Below, piece by piece: positions 45,662 to 54,565 of a DNA stretch of 64,000 nucleotides. Numbering within the stretch: the first letter of the stretch is position 1; each line of letters opens with the position of its first letter. The notes under the pieces are model-generated. The model searched no databases. It was not told where the DNA came from and worked only from the letters and a program-made list of their open reading frames with translations. The translations under genes and the position numbers were made by a program. The DNA comes from a virus (lineage: Duplodnaviria; Caudoviricetes), in IMG/VR virus record IMGVR_UViG_3300023174_000048, positions 64,001 through 128,000 of that record; one strand, given 5' to 3'.

Positions 45662-46033
45662 ATGAATATTACGTTGCTAAAGGGTAATCTTGCTAGGGAT
45701 CCAGAACTAAGAAATGTAAATACTGGAGGAAAGCAAACATCAGTAGTTAATTTTACTGTTGCTGTTTCTCGTGAGTATACAAAGGCTAGTGGAGACAAGG
45801 ATAAGATTACTTCCTTTATAAATTGCGAAGCGTGGGATAGTGGTGCGGAAATGATATCTGAGTCATTCAAGAAGGGTGATCTGGTTATGGTTGAAGGATC
45901 TCTGAGAAATGATTCGTGGGAAAAGGATGGAGTTAAGCATAGTAGTCTAAAAGTTAGAGTAAATAACTTTTCAAAGATTACAAGACTTTCTAAGAATTCC
46001 AGACAGGATTCACAAGAGCCAGTAGCATTCTGA
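45662..46033 (+). CDS. ssb: single-stranded DNA-binding protein
   Basis: GNLARDPELR, FINCEAW, KGDLVMVEGSLR, C-terminal VAF. Confidence 0.95.
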   Translation: MNITLLKGNLARDPELRNVNTGGKQTSVVNFTVAVSREYTKASGDKDKITSFINCEAWDSGAEMISESFKKGDLVMVEGSLRNDSWEKDGVKHSSLKVRVNNFSKITRLSKNSRQDSQEPVAF

Positions 46034-46060
46034 TAAATATATTTAAACCCTTTTAAAGAT

Positions 46061-46091
46061 ATGGGGGTGCTAATACCACCCCCGTATTTTT
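46061..46091 (+). terminator. rho-independent terminator after ssb
   Basis: ATGGGGGTG-CTAATAC-CACCCCCGT then ATTTTT. Confidence 0.8.
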
Positions 46092-46099
46092 ATCTTCTT

Positions 46100-47770
46100 A
46101 TGACAAAACCAAAACTTAAAATCTTAATGTGTTCCGAGGCTAGTTTTATAAATTCTGGTTTTGGAATTTATACAAAAGAACTACTGAATAGACTGTATGA
46201 TACCGATAAATATGATATAGCAGAATTTGCTTCTTATGGATTTGTTAATGACCCAAGAGACACTTCTATAAGATGGAAGTATTATGCTAATGCTGTTAAG
46301 GATGGAGATCCTAGGCACAAAGAATATTCTTCTAGGGGAGACAATCAATTTGGAAGATGGAGATTTGAAAAAGTTCTTTTAGATTTTAAGCCCGACGTTG
46401 TTATTGATATCAGAGACTACTGGATGACAGCTTATCAGAGGACTTCCCCTCTGCGTAAGTTTTTCCATTGGGTGTTAATGCCAACAGTAGACTCATCACC
46501 ACAACAAGAAGAATGGATTGATACTTTCTTAGACGCCGATGCCATATTCACCTATTCTGATTGGGGTGCAAAAGTATTAAAAGACCAAGCATCTGGTAAA
46601 ATCAATTATATAGATACAACATCGCCAGGAATAGACTGTAATGTATTTAAGCCAAAAGACAGAAATACAATCAGATCAAATTTTGGAATAAGCGAAGATA
46701 GCTTTGTTGTTGGTTCAGTAATGAGGAACCAAAAAAGAAAATTAATTCCTGAGCTTTTTGCAACATTCAGGATCATTCTAGATAAACTAGAAGCAAATAA
46801 CAATAAAGAGCTGGCAGATAAAATATTCCTATATCTGCATACAAGCTATCCAGATATGGGATGGGATATACCGGAAATACTAAGACAGAACAGATTGACC
46901 AATAAAGTATTATTCACATACTTATGCAAAAGCTGTGGTAAGGTTTCTTGTTCAAAATTTCAAGGACCGAGCAAAGTATGCGATAGATGCCTAGCCAAAG
47001 CGAGCAGTTTCCCATCTGTTACAGACGGGGTTAGCTCTGAGGAATTAAGCAACATATATAATATATTTGATTTATATGTGCAGTATTCTATTTGCGAAGG
47101 ATTTGGTATGCCACAAGTTGAGGCTGGTGCTTGTGGTGTGCCTATTGCTACTGTAAATTATAGTGCCATGTGCGACATAGTAGACAGACTCAATGCTTAT
47201 CCTATAAAAATTAAATCAGCATTTAAAGAACTAGAAACCAAAGCAATCAGAGTATATCCAGACAATCAGGATCTTGCTGAATACATTTTAGACTTAGCAT
47301 CTCAGCCAAAACCCATTCTGAATAAGAAGAGATTTGAAACACATGAACTAACACATAAACACTATGATTGGAATAACACTTTTAAGAAATGGGAAAAATA
47401 TCTAGATAGTCTAGATTCATCGGGCTATAGATCAAATTGGAATACCGGAGAATATCTTGAACCATTGAATACTCAAATCAATAATCCCAGTAATAGTAAT
47501 TTTGATAATCTTTTACATATCCTAAATAATAATATGAAAAATGCATCAATGATTGGTGATCAAAAAATGCTAGAGTTATTGAATAGCTCAGATTATGGAT
47601 TCGTTCAAAATGGACCAACAAGTATTCTAGGATATGGTTTTCAAGACCTTAAAGAATATATTAAAACCAATATAGACAATAACAATCAAGCAAAACAAGC
47701 AAAAGACAGTAATATTACATTTGATGAAGATTTTATCTTATATTCGAAGCTAAAGAATAAACAACAATGA
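46100..47770 (+). CDS. GT4 glycosyltransferase with inserted zinc finger
   Basis: SGFG, VMRNQKRK, EGFGMPQVE; CKSC..C..CDRC insert; start moved past the terminator. Confidence 0.85.
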   Translation: MTKPKLKILMCSEASFINSGFGIYTKELLNRLYDTDKYDIAEFASYGFVNDPRDTSIRWKYYANAVKDGDPRHKEYSSRGDNQFGRWRFEKVLLDFKPDVVIDIRDYWMTAYQRTSPLRKFFHWVLMPTVDSSPQQEEWIDTFLDADAIFTYSDWGAKVLKDQASGKINYIDTTSPGIDCNVFKPKDRNTIRSNFGISEDSFVVGSVMRNQKRKLIPELFATFRIILDKLEANNNKELADKIFLYLHTSYPDMGWDIPEILRQNRLTNKVLFTYLCKSCGKVSCSKFQGPSKVCDRCLAKASSFPSVTDGVSSEELSNIYNIFDLYVQYSICEGFGMPQVEAGACGVPIATVNYSAMCDIVDRLNAYPIKIKSAFKELETKAIRVYPDNQDLAEYILDLASQPKPILNKKRFETHELTHKHYDWNNTFKKWEKYLDSLDSSGYRSNWNTGEYLEPLNTQINNPSNSNFDNLLHILNNNMKNASMIGDQKMLELLNSSDYGFVQNGPTSILGYGFQDLKEYIKTNIDNNNQAKQAKDSNITFDEDFILYSKLKNKQQ

Positions 47771-48765
47771 ATATTTTATATATAGGACCATATCGACAAA
47801 AGGGTATTATTGGAATAACGTCTCTATTTGTTCTAATTAATATACTGTCTAAAGCTAATACCCATGTTAGTTCTAGACCTATCTATATTAATGGTGCTGA
47901 GCCAGTGGATGTTGGAAATGAAACAATTCTGTCTAGTGAAAAAAGTAGACTAGATAATTACGATATGGTTATCCAACATGTAGACCCAAAAGACTGTATA
48001 AAAATAAACTCAGTTAAGAAAAATGTAATCATACCTATTCTTAATGAAAGAATATTAGATGAAAATACTATTAATAAGCTTGCAGATTTCGACATGGTAT
48101 TGACAGATACGAAATATTCCTACTCCAGAATTGCAAATGCCGGTAATAAACTATCAAGTAAAACAAAGAACTATGATTACGATATTCCAATGTCTTCAAT
48201 ATCACAAAATAAATTCAATATAGGAACTTTGGGTCATACTAAAAAACTATATTTTATTGGTAGTTATAGACATAATATTGCTAATATTAATTATTTATGC
48301 AAGTCCTTCATAAGAAACACAGTAAACAATGAGTGTTCTTTGGTATTGTTTTTATTTGATATCGATGCCAAAATTAAAAATGATATTGAAAGCATGATAT
48401 CTAATATATATACAGAAAATAATATTAAGCATGCCATCAACAGAGTCCTTGTTGCACCAATAGACCCAACACTAGAGAATATACTTATTGCTCATCAAAC
48501 TGGCGATATTTTTATTGACTTACAAGACGATAATAGCAACACAGTAAATAGTAAATTTGCAACAATTCTTAAGAAATCAATCGTTTCATTCGGTGTTGAT
48601 GACTATGATTATAGTTATAATAGAAATCATACCATATATAGCACAGGATGTACGGGTGTTTCATATAAGTCAATAGAGACAAAAACAAAAAGAGCAATAT
48701 CAGATAATATATATAGTGAACATATAATACCATTTAAAAAACAGCATATTAATAAAATCATATGA
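47767..48765 (+). CDS. degenerate GT-B-like protein
   Basis: NILYIGPYRQ N-terminus, QHVDP, HQTGDIFI; no EX7E motif. Confidence 0.5.
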   Translation: MNILYIGPYRQKGIIGITSLFVLINILSKANTHVSSRPIYINGAEPVDVGNETILSSEKSRLDNYDMVIQHVDPKDCIKINSVKKNVIIPILNERILDENTINKLADFDMVLTDTKYSYSRIANAGNKLSSKTKNYDYDIPMSSISQNKFNIGTLGHTKKLYFIGSYRHNIANINYLCKSFIRNTVNNECSLVLFLFDIDAKIKNDIESMISNIYTENNIKHAINRVLVAPIDPTLENILIAHQTGDIFIDLQDDNSNTVNSKFATILKKSIVSFGVDDYDYSYNRNHTIYSTGCTGVSYKSIETKTKRAISDNIYSEHIIPFKKQHINKII

Positions 48766-49640
48766 GTATCACCAATTCAATTCTAAATATCGCTTACGGA
48801 ACTCTTAATAAAAGAATTAATCTTCTTTATTCTCCTGGCTCAATGTTGTTTGATAATATTTTTAATGATGTAGATAATATTAATTTATTTTTTGATGGAG
48901 ATGAGGTATCAGATTACTATTATGATTGTTATTTTTCTAATAATTTTTTAGACCATACAAATAATACTAAAAAACTATCAGATAAAGCACACCTAAAGGA
49001 TATTATAGCTTTTCATTACCCTCCTCCCCCAAGCTTTAAAAAAGAAGATGTAGTACTATTGCAAAATAATACTAAACACATTCATAAGATCTTTTTTGGC
49101 GAACATATTATGCAATCATGGAGATATCCTCAAGATAATAAAACAACAATTATTAATTATGGTATCCCTGTTACTGAATGGTCAGCAACAAGAGATAAGA
49201 ATGTATTAATATTTAATCTAGAAAATAATCCACAAATAGACACTTTACACAAAACAATATCTTCAAACATACCAAATACAGACATTATAAAAGCCATTAG
49301 TCCATCAAATATCTCTATTAATAATCTTGGACAATTTTTATCACAATACAAAGTCTGCATCGATCTTGGCAATACGGTCAATACTCTGTTTGCAATGTCT
49401 TGTGGGGTAGAATGTGTTTCTCCCATAACAAATGATAAAGATAATCCTCTTATGCACAATATTAGTGATTTTAATAGTATATTATATACTTTAACAAATA
49501 TTTTATCAAAAAATACAAGCGAGCAAACGCGACACGAAGGTTCAGAACTAATTTACTCAAAATATGATTATAATACATTCAAAAATAATATGGTGGAATA
49601 TATGACTAATTTTAAAAACAATGAGATATTTGTACTATGA
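48762..49640 (+). CDS. degenerate GT-B-like protein
   Basis: INYGIP, YKVCID..LFAMSCG (F in place of the EAM Glu). Confidence 0.55.
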   Translation: MSITNSILNIAYGTLNKRINLLYSPGSMLFDNIFNDVDNINLFFDGDEVSDYYYDCYFSNNFLDHTNNTKKLSDKAHLKDIIAFHYPPPPSFKKEDVVLLQNNTKHIHKIFFGEHIMQSWRYPQDNKTTIINYGIPVTEWSATRDKNVLIFNLENNPQIDTLHKTISSNIPNTDIIKAISPSNISINNLGQFLSQYKVCIDLGNTVNTLFAMSCGVECVSPITNDKDNPLMHNISDFNSILYTLTNILSKNTSEQTRHEGSELIYSKYDYNTFKNNMVEYMTNFKNNEIFVL

Positions 49641-50053
49641 GCAGACATTATAATATCACATATAAAAATTATGTGCCTAATAGTTCTAATAGCATTAATA
49701 TAGATTTATCTGAACTTGATAATATAATAAATCATTCATCAGATGGAATATATTGTTCCTGTTTAAACTATATAAAGATTGAAGAAATAGATGCTATCTT
49801 TCATAAGGTTCTTAATAAAACTAAGCCAACAGGAGTGGTAATATTTAGTATCATAGATGTTAAAAAGTATTCAAATGATTTTTTACAGAACCAAATAGGT
49901 GGACAGGAATTTTTAAGCAAACTTAATGGCGTTCAATCAATACTATCTATAGAAGATATATATACTAGAATTGATAATAATATTTTTACAATAAAACAAA
50001 TCTTGCAAGAAGGCGGAACTATTGATGTTGCCCTAGAAAGGATTAAGATATGA
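49637..50053 (+). CDS. methyltransferase-like fragment lacking the SAM motif
   Basis: CLNYI...KVLNKTKPTGVVIF resembles LEH..LKPGG. Confidence 0.4.
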   Translation: MSRHYNITYKNYVPNSSNSINIDLSELDNIINHSSDGIYCSCLNYIKIEEIDAIFHKVLNKTKPTGVVIFSIIDVKKYSNDFLQNQIGGQEFLSKLNGVQSILSIEDIYTRIDNNIFTIKQILQEGGTIDVALERIKI

Positions 50054-50805
50054 GTAAATTTAATACATCTTGTAAAAAATGCTATTTTGCTCAAGAAGTA
50101 TCGTCTGGAAAGTCTTGTGAATTTTACATTCCAGATGCTATAGCTTCCAATAAAAAAATAGAAGTTATTGATAACTATAACTATATTCATAATTATTTAT
50201 GCAAATATGGACTATCAAAAGATAAAGCCGATGAAATATCAACTAATAAAAGTGAGATTGATCTTAAAGTATATGCAAAAAGCAGAGTAGCTCCAGCTTA
50301 TGATTTGTTCTGCATGGTAGGTGATAATGATGAGATAGAGAATATCTGTAATCAGATTATAAAATTAGAGATTAAACCAGAGCGCATAAATCTGTCATTT
50401 AAACGAGATTATGACATGAAAAGGGCTCAGTCTGCTTGTGATAAAATACTAGGTAATCAGATGTCTTGGAAATTACATTATTTTCTAGAAGACAAACCAG
50501 CATACGAAACCTTGCATATTGCAACATCCACAGATGATAAATTATCAAGCTGTAAATTTATATGGATAGTTAATCAAAAAATATTAGAGTCGGCTATAAA
50601 AAAAGATAGCATTAATAGAATTAATTATATAGTTAATGTAGACCAACCAGATGCTGCTATTCTAATGAGTGAAATATCAACAGATTATTTTTATGGAATA
50701 TTCCTCACAATAGAGAATATGAATGGAATATATAAAAATATCAATCATAACCTAGGCCAAGCAATAGAAGAATCATATAAAGACACTATAATACATTATG
50801 ATTGA
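50050..50805 (+). CDS. hypothetical protein with N-terminal Cys cluster
   Basis: CKKCYF..C..C. Confidence 0.6.
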   Translation: MSKFNTSCKKCYFAQEVSSGKSCEFYIPDAIASNKKIEVIDNYNYIHNYLCKYGLSKDKADEISTNKSEIDLKVYAKSRVAPAYDLFCMVGDNDEIENICNQIIKLEIKPERINLSFKRDYDMKRAQSACDKILGNQMSWKLHYFLEDKPAYETLHIATSTDDKLSSCKFIWIVNQKILESAIKKDSINRINYIVNVDQPDAAILMSEISTDYFYGIFLTIENMNGIYKNINHNLGQAIEESYKDTIIHYD

Positions 50806-51475
50806 TGCTCTAATACTAGTACCAGAAATTACTAAAGGAATGAAGTCCATAGGATCTAAATCCTTACTAGAGATCAAAAAAAAATTATCAGTATTAGACT
50901 ATCAGATACAGTCGATTAGAAACATAGATAAGAATATTAAGATATCAATTTGCACCGGGTTTGATTCTGAAAAAATTATTAATACAATCAGTAATAACCA
51001 TGAAAATGTTCATTATATATATAACCAGGAGTATAAAACCACAAATCAAGCATACTCCATAAAGATATATTTAGAGCAACATACTCATTGTGAACAGCTA
51101 CTAATCATATCAAATGGAGTCTTATTAAAAGACAAATGCATAACTAAAAATATGCTAAACAGCGAATGTAAGGTATTCATTTTAAATAAAATTCGTGAAA
51201 ACTTTAATCTTGGATGTTCTGAGCAACAACAGTTTGAATATTTATTTTATGATCTACCAGAACTTTGGTCAGAATGTATTTATCTCAATAAGGAAGCATT
51301 GACAGTATTACAAAATTTATTTACAAGTAATTGTACATCTCAGATGTATCTTTTTGAACTGATCAATGAAATGATAAATAAAAATATACTATTCAAAAAA
51401 CAATATATAGATAAAAAATTAATTATGAAAATTTGTAATTTCAAGGACATAACTAAAGCTAAAAATTTTATATGA
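50798..51475 (+). CDS. nucleotidyltransferase-fold (LicC-like) protein with degenerate GxGxR motif
   Basis: ALILV..KGMKSIGSKSLL, ICTGF, NQEYKTTNQAYS, NGVLL. Confidence 0.6.
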   Translation: MIDALILVPEITKGMKSIGSKSLLEIKKKLSVLDYQIQSIRNIDKNIKISICTGFDSEKIINTISNNHENVHYIYNQEYKTTNQAYSIKIYLEQHTHCEQLLIISNGVLLKDKCITKNMLNSECKVFILNKIRENFNLGCSEQQQFEYLFYDLPELWSECIYLNKEALTVLQNLFTSNCTSQMYLFELINEMINKNILFKKQYIDKKLIMKICNFKDITKAKNFI

Positions 51476-52206
51476 CAACATTATTAGTTCAAAACTCTAA
51501 ATCTAAATTTATACAAACTAGTGTATATTCTAATATTCCTAATACTAACATTATTGGGTCTAGCATAGATAGTCATCTATATAAGATATACTATTCACAC
51601 AATCCTACTCATGCCATATTTTGTGCAAACAGACTCACTGATGAGATTATTCAGTTTATATCAGACTTCTCTTCTACGAAGGTAAAATGTTTTATATATC
51701 ACGATAATTTATCTTTTGAGATATTAGATCAATTCAAAGAATTGCCGGTAACTCATATTAGCAAAATAAAAATTAAATCTGAATATAAATCTGTTTTATT
51801 GCCCAACAATCTAATTAATAGTCAATTATTTCATAATAATGCATCAATAACTAAAAAAGAATCAATAGTATGCTTCATTGATGATTATGAAACCATTCCA
51901 GAAAGTCTAAGCAATTATTTATATCCTAATACGACTATTCCAATAAAACTATTTAATAATTATAATATTCCTCATTATCAAAATCTTGGAATGTTAGACG
52001 AAACAAGCAAAGCAAATGTTTTACAGTCTCATAAGTATTATTTATCTATAGAAAATAATAAAAATGACTATTCGCTGGAGGCTAGTCTTTGTGGTAGTAT
52101 AGTTGTTGATATTGATAAAATTCAAAATTATGAAACAATAGAATATACAGAACCAAAAGACTATTACGATCTCGCAACTTTTATTAAAGAAAGTATTTTA
52201 ATATGA
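51472..52206 (+). CDS. degenerate GT-B-like protein
   Basis: SHKYYL..YSLEASLCG C-terminal GT signature. Confidence 0.5.
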   Translation: MTTLLVQNSKSKFIQTSVYSNIPNTNIIGSSIDSHLYKIYYSHNPTHAIFCANRLTDEIIQFISDFSSTKVKCFIYHDNLSFEILDQFKELPVTHISKIKIKSEYKSVLLPNNLINSQLFHNNASITKKESIVCFIDDYETIPESLSNYLYPNTTIPIKLFNNYNIPHYQNLGMLDETSKANVLQSHKYYLSIENNKNDYSLEASLCGSIVVDIDKIQNYETIEYTEPKDYYDLATFIKESILI

Positions 52207-52658
52207 ATGACGTAGGTTTTGTTTTAGTTAAGCTTTTAAATGACGAGGCCCACAATAACGTACTTTCTGCTATAAAAGAAATAGAAAAAAATAATCCATA
52301 TAATCAAACTGTAATTTTTAATAGCTATTGTGAAAAGGCCAATCTATATAATTTGCCAGTATTACATCTAAGCCAATCACAATTTTTTAATGGAACTTTA
52401 TTTTTATTTGATTTGCCCAGTGTTATACTTACTAATAAATTTCCCAATCTAAAAAGAAGAATATTATATACCAATTCCTTACCGTGGTCTAGTAATCCAG
52501 GCACCAGATACGAAGAATGGAAATCTCTTTATGATCAAGATTCATTAGATATTTTAGTTAATAATAATGATATCTATAATATATATGATATATGCTGGAA
52601 AAAACCGATAGGAATATCTGAAAGGTTTAATTATGAAGAAATCTCAAAATTTATATGA
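52203..52658 (+). CDS. hypothetical protein
   Basis: ORF track. Confidence 0.6.
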   Translation: MNDVGFVLVKLLNDEAHNNVLSAIKEIEKNNPYNQTVIFNSYCEKANLYNLPVLHLSQSQFFNGTLFLFDLPSVILTNKFPNLKRRILYTNSLPWSSNPGTRYEEWKSLYDQDSLDILVNNNDIYNIYDICWKKPIGISERFNYEEISKFI

Positions 52659-53430
52659 TAGTTTAACAGACTCTGATAAACTTGGACTATTGCAAACTTT
52701 GTATATTGATCAAAAACATAGTTTTGCAGATATTGCATCTATGCATGGAACATATGCGAATAAAATTAGACGAGATGCTAAAAGACTTAAGCTAAGTATC
52801 AGAGATAAATCAGAGGCTCAAAAGAATGCTTTGAGTACTGGCAAGCACGAACATCCAACAAAAGGTAAAAAAAGAAATGACGCTGTTAAACAGAAAATAG
52901 GAAAGTCTGTTATGGACTCTTGGGATAATCTCACAGAAACAGAATTGGAACAAAGAAAACAGAAAGCTAAATTAGCTTGGGAAAAATTAGACGAAGATAC
53001 TAAGATTAATATGCAGCAATCGGCCATGAAAGCCGTTAGAGAATCTAGCAAAACAGGATCAAAACTAGAAAAATTCATACATAAAAAATTGTTGAGCTTA
53101 GGATATCAAGTTCAGTTTCATAAAGAGCAATCGTTGGTAAATACCAAGTTGCAGATTGATATCTTTTTGCCTACTATTAATACGGCCATTGAGGTTGACG
53201 GTCCAAGTCATTTTGAACCAGTTTGGGGAGAAAAGAGTTTGGAACGTAATGTTGGATATGACCAGAAAAAAGAAGGTTTAATAACTGGCAGAGGATGGCA
53301 TCTAATTAGAATTAAACAATTAAAAGATTATTCTCCTTCACGAGCATCATTGGTGGTTGAAAAATTGATACCGATTCTTGATAAATGTTCAAATGAAAAA
53401 ACTCCACAAAAAATAATAATAGAGGACTGA
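52633..53430 (+). CDS. DUF559/Vsr-like endonuclease with N-terminal HTH (homing-endonuclease-like)
   Basis: SKLE, QIDIFLP..AIEVDGPSHF, GWHLIRI. Confidence 0.75.
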   Translation: MKKSQNLYDSLTDSDKLGLLQTLYIDQKHSFADIASMHGTYANKIRRDAKRLKLSIRDKSEAQKNALSTGKHEHPTKGKKRNDAVKQKIGKSVMDSWDNLTETELEQRKQKAKLAWEKLDEDTKINMQQSAMKAVRESSKTGSKLEKFIHKKLLSLGYQVQFHKEQSLVNTKLQIDIFLPTINTAIEVDGPSHFEPVWGEKSLERNVGYDQKKEGLITGRGWHLIRIKQLKDYSPSRASLVVEKLIPILDKCSNEKTPQKIIIED

Positions 53431-53434
53431 TTTT

Positions 53435-54163
53435 ATGGTTAAAAAGGAAAAGACAGAGAAAGTTGAAGAAGTTAAGGCTGACGTTGTTGATAAGAAGATT
53501 CCAAAGACTACGGATTTAGAATGGACCGATTATGTTTTAAGCCTATTATCAGAAGACGAAAAGATATCGGGCAATCCAACAACCGACGGATTAAGACGAA
53601 TTTTTGAAATTGCTCTTAATTGTAGAGTTGTTGTTTCTAGTTCTAAGGTTGTACAATCTCCTGATCCAAATAACGAAAAAAGAGCCACTGTGGTTCATTC
53701 TGTTGTGTATCTTTTAAATGATGCCTCTCCTGACAGGCCTGAATTTAATACCGTGTCTGTGGATGGAGCAGCAGACGTTTATTGGGGGAACTGTGACAAG
53801 GTTTATAGGAATCATCCGGTTGCCGTAGCAGAAACACGAGCAGAAGGCAGAGCTTTAAGAAGAGCCCTTAAACTAAGGAAAGTAGTAGCAGCAGAAGAAT
53901 TGGCCAAAGAAATTGAAGACAATCCAGACAACAGTAGTGTTTCTAAGATTAGTAATAATCAGATTAATTTTATTGACGTTATGGCTCAAAGACTTAATAT
54001 AAATGTGGTTAAGTTGTTTAATAATAATCAATTACCCACAGATAATGTCTATTCTGTTTCTCATGATGATGCTGTTAATATTATACGATTATTGTCAAAG
54101 TATCAACAAAATATATCAGAGATTTCAGAAGATATTATGGGATACTCTAGCGATTGGAAATAA
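53435..54163 (+). CDS. single-strand annealing protein (Rad52/Sak-like)
   Basis: VAETRAEGRALRRAL helix motif; C-terminal SNNQINFI helical domain. Confidence 0.6.
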   Translation: MVKKEKTEKVEEVKADVVDKKIPKTTDLEWTDYVLSLLSEDEKISGNPTTDGLRRIFEIALNCRVVVSSSKVVQSPDPNNEKRATVVHSVVYLLNDASPDRPEFNTVSVDGAADVYWGNCDKVYRNHPVAVAETRAEGRALRRALKLRKVVAAEELAKEIEDNPDNSSVSKISNNQINFIDVMAQRLNINVVKLFNNNQLPTDNVYSVSHDDAVNIIRLLSKYQQNISEISEDIMGYSSDWK

Positions 54164-54165
54164 AT

Positions 54166-54501
54166 ATGAAAGTTTTATACAGAGCGAGTGATAAGTTATC
54201 TTTTGAGCTTGAAGGATCTGGTCAAAAGGAAATATTTAAAGAGTTAGCACTAATCCAAGAGATTTTTGCTGAAGCTAAGTGCGGATTGTGCGGAAGTACC
54301 AATCTAAGATTTATAGTAAGGAATGTAGAAGGAAATGATTACTATGAACTTAGGTGTGCTGATTGTGGGGCTATATTAGCATTCGGTCAGCACAAGAAGG
54401 GCGGAACATTATTTCCAAAAAGAAAAGATGATGATGGAAATAATCTTCCAAACAGAGGCTGGCATAAGTGGACAGCTAAAGATACTAAAGACAAGAACTA
54501 A
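54166..54501 (+). CDS. zinc-ribbon hypothetical protein
   Basis: CGLCGS..CADCGA; in-frame ATG 54166. Confidence 0.7.
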   Translation: MKVLYRASDKLSFELEGSGQKEIFKELALIQEIFAEAKCGLCGSTNLRFIVRNVEGNDYYELRCADCGAILAFGQHKKGGTLFPKRKDDDGNNLPNRGWHKWTAKDTKDKN

Positions 54502-54522
54502 TTCTTATTCTTTTTTAATTTT

Positions 54523-54560
54523 CGACAACCCTGCGTTCATCTTGGGCGCAGGTGTTGTCG
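54523..54560. terminator. bidirectional hairpin terminator between convergent blocks
   Basis: CGACAAC-CCTGCG...CGCAGG-T-GTTGTCG inverted repeat with T-rich flanks. Confidence 0.8.
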
Positions 54561-54565
54561 TTTAA

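Noticed and set aside
46061-46099. ORF-track start of the GT4 gene at 46061
   Set aside because: This segment is the ssb terminator hairpin; ATG 46100 is more plausible.
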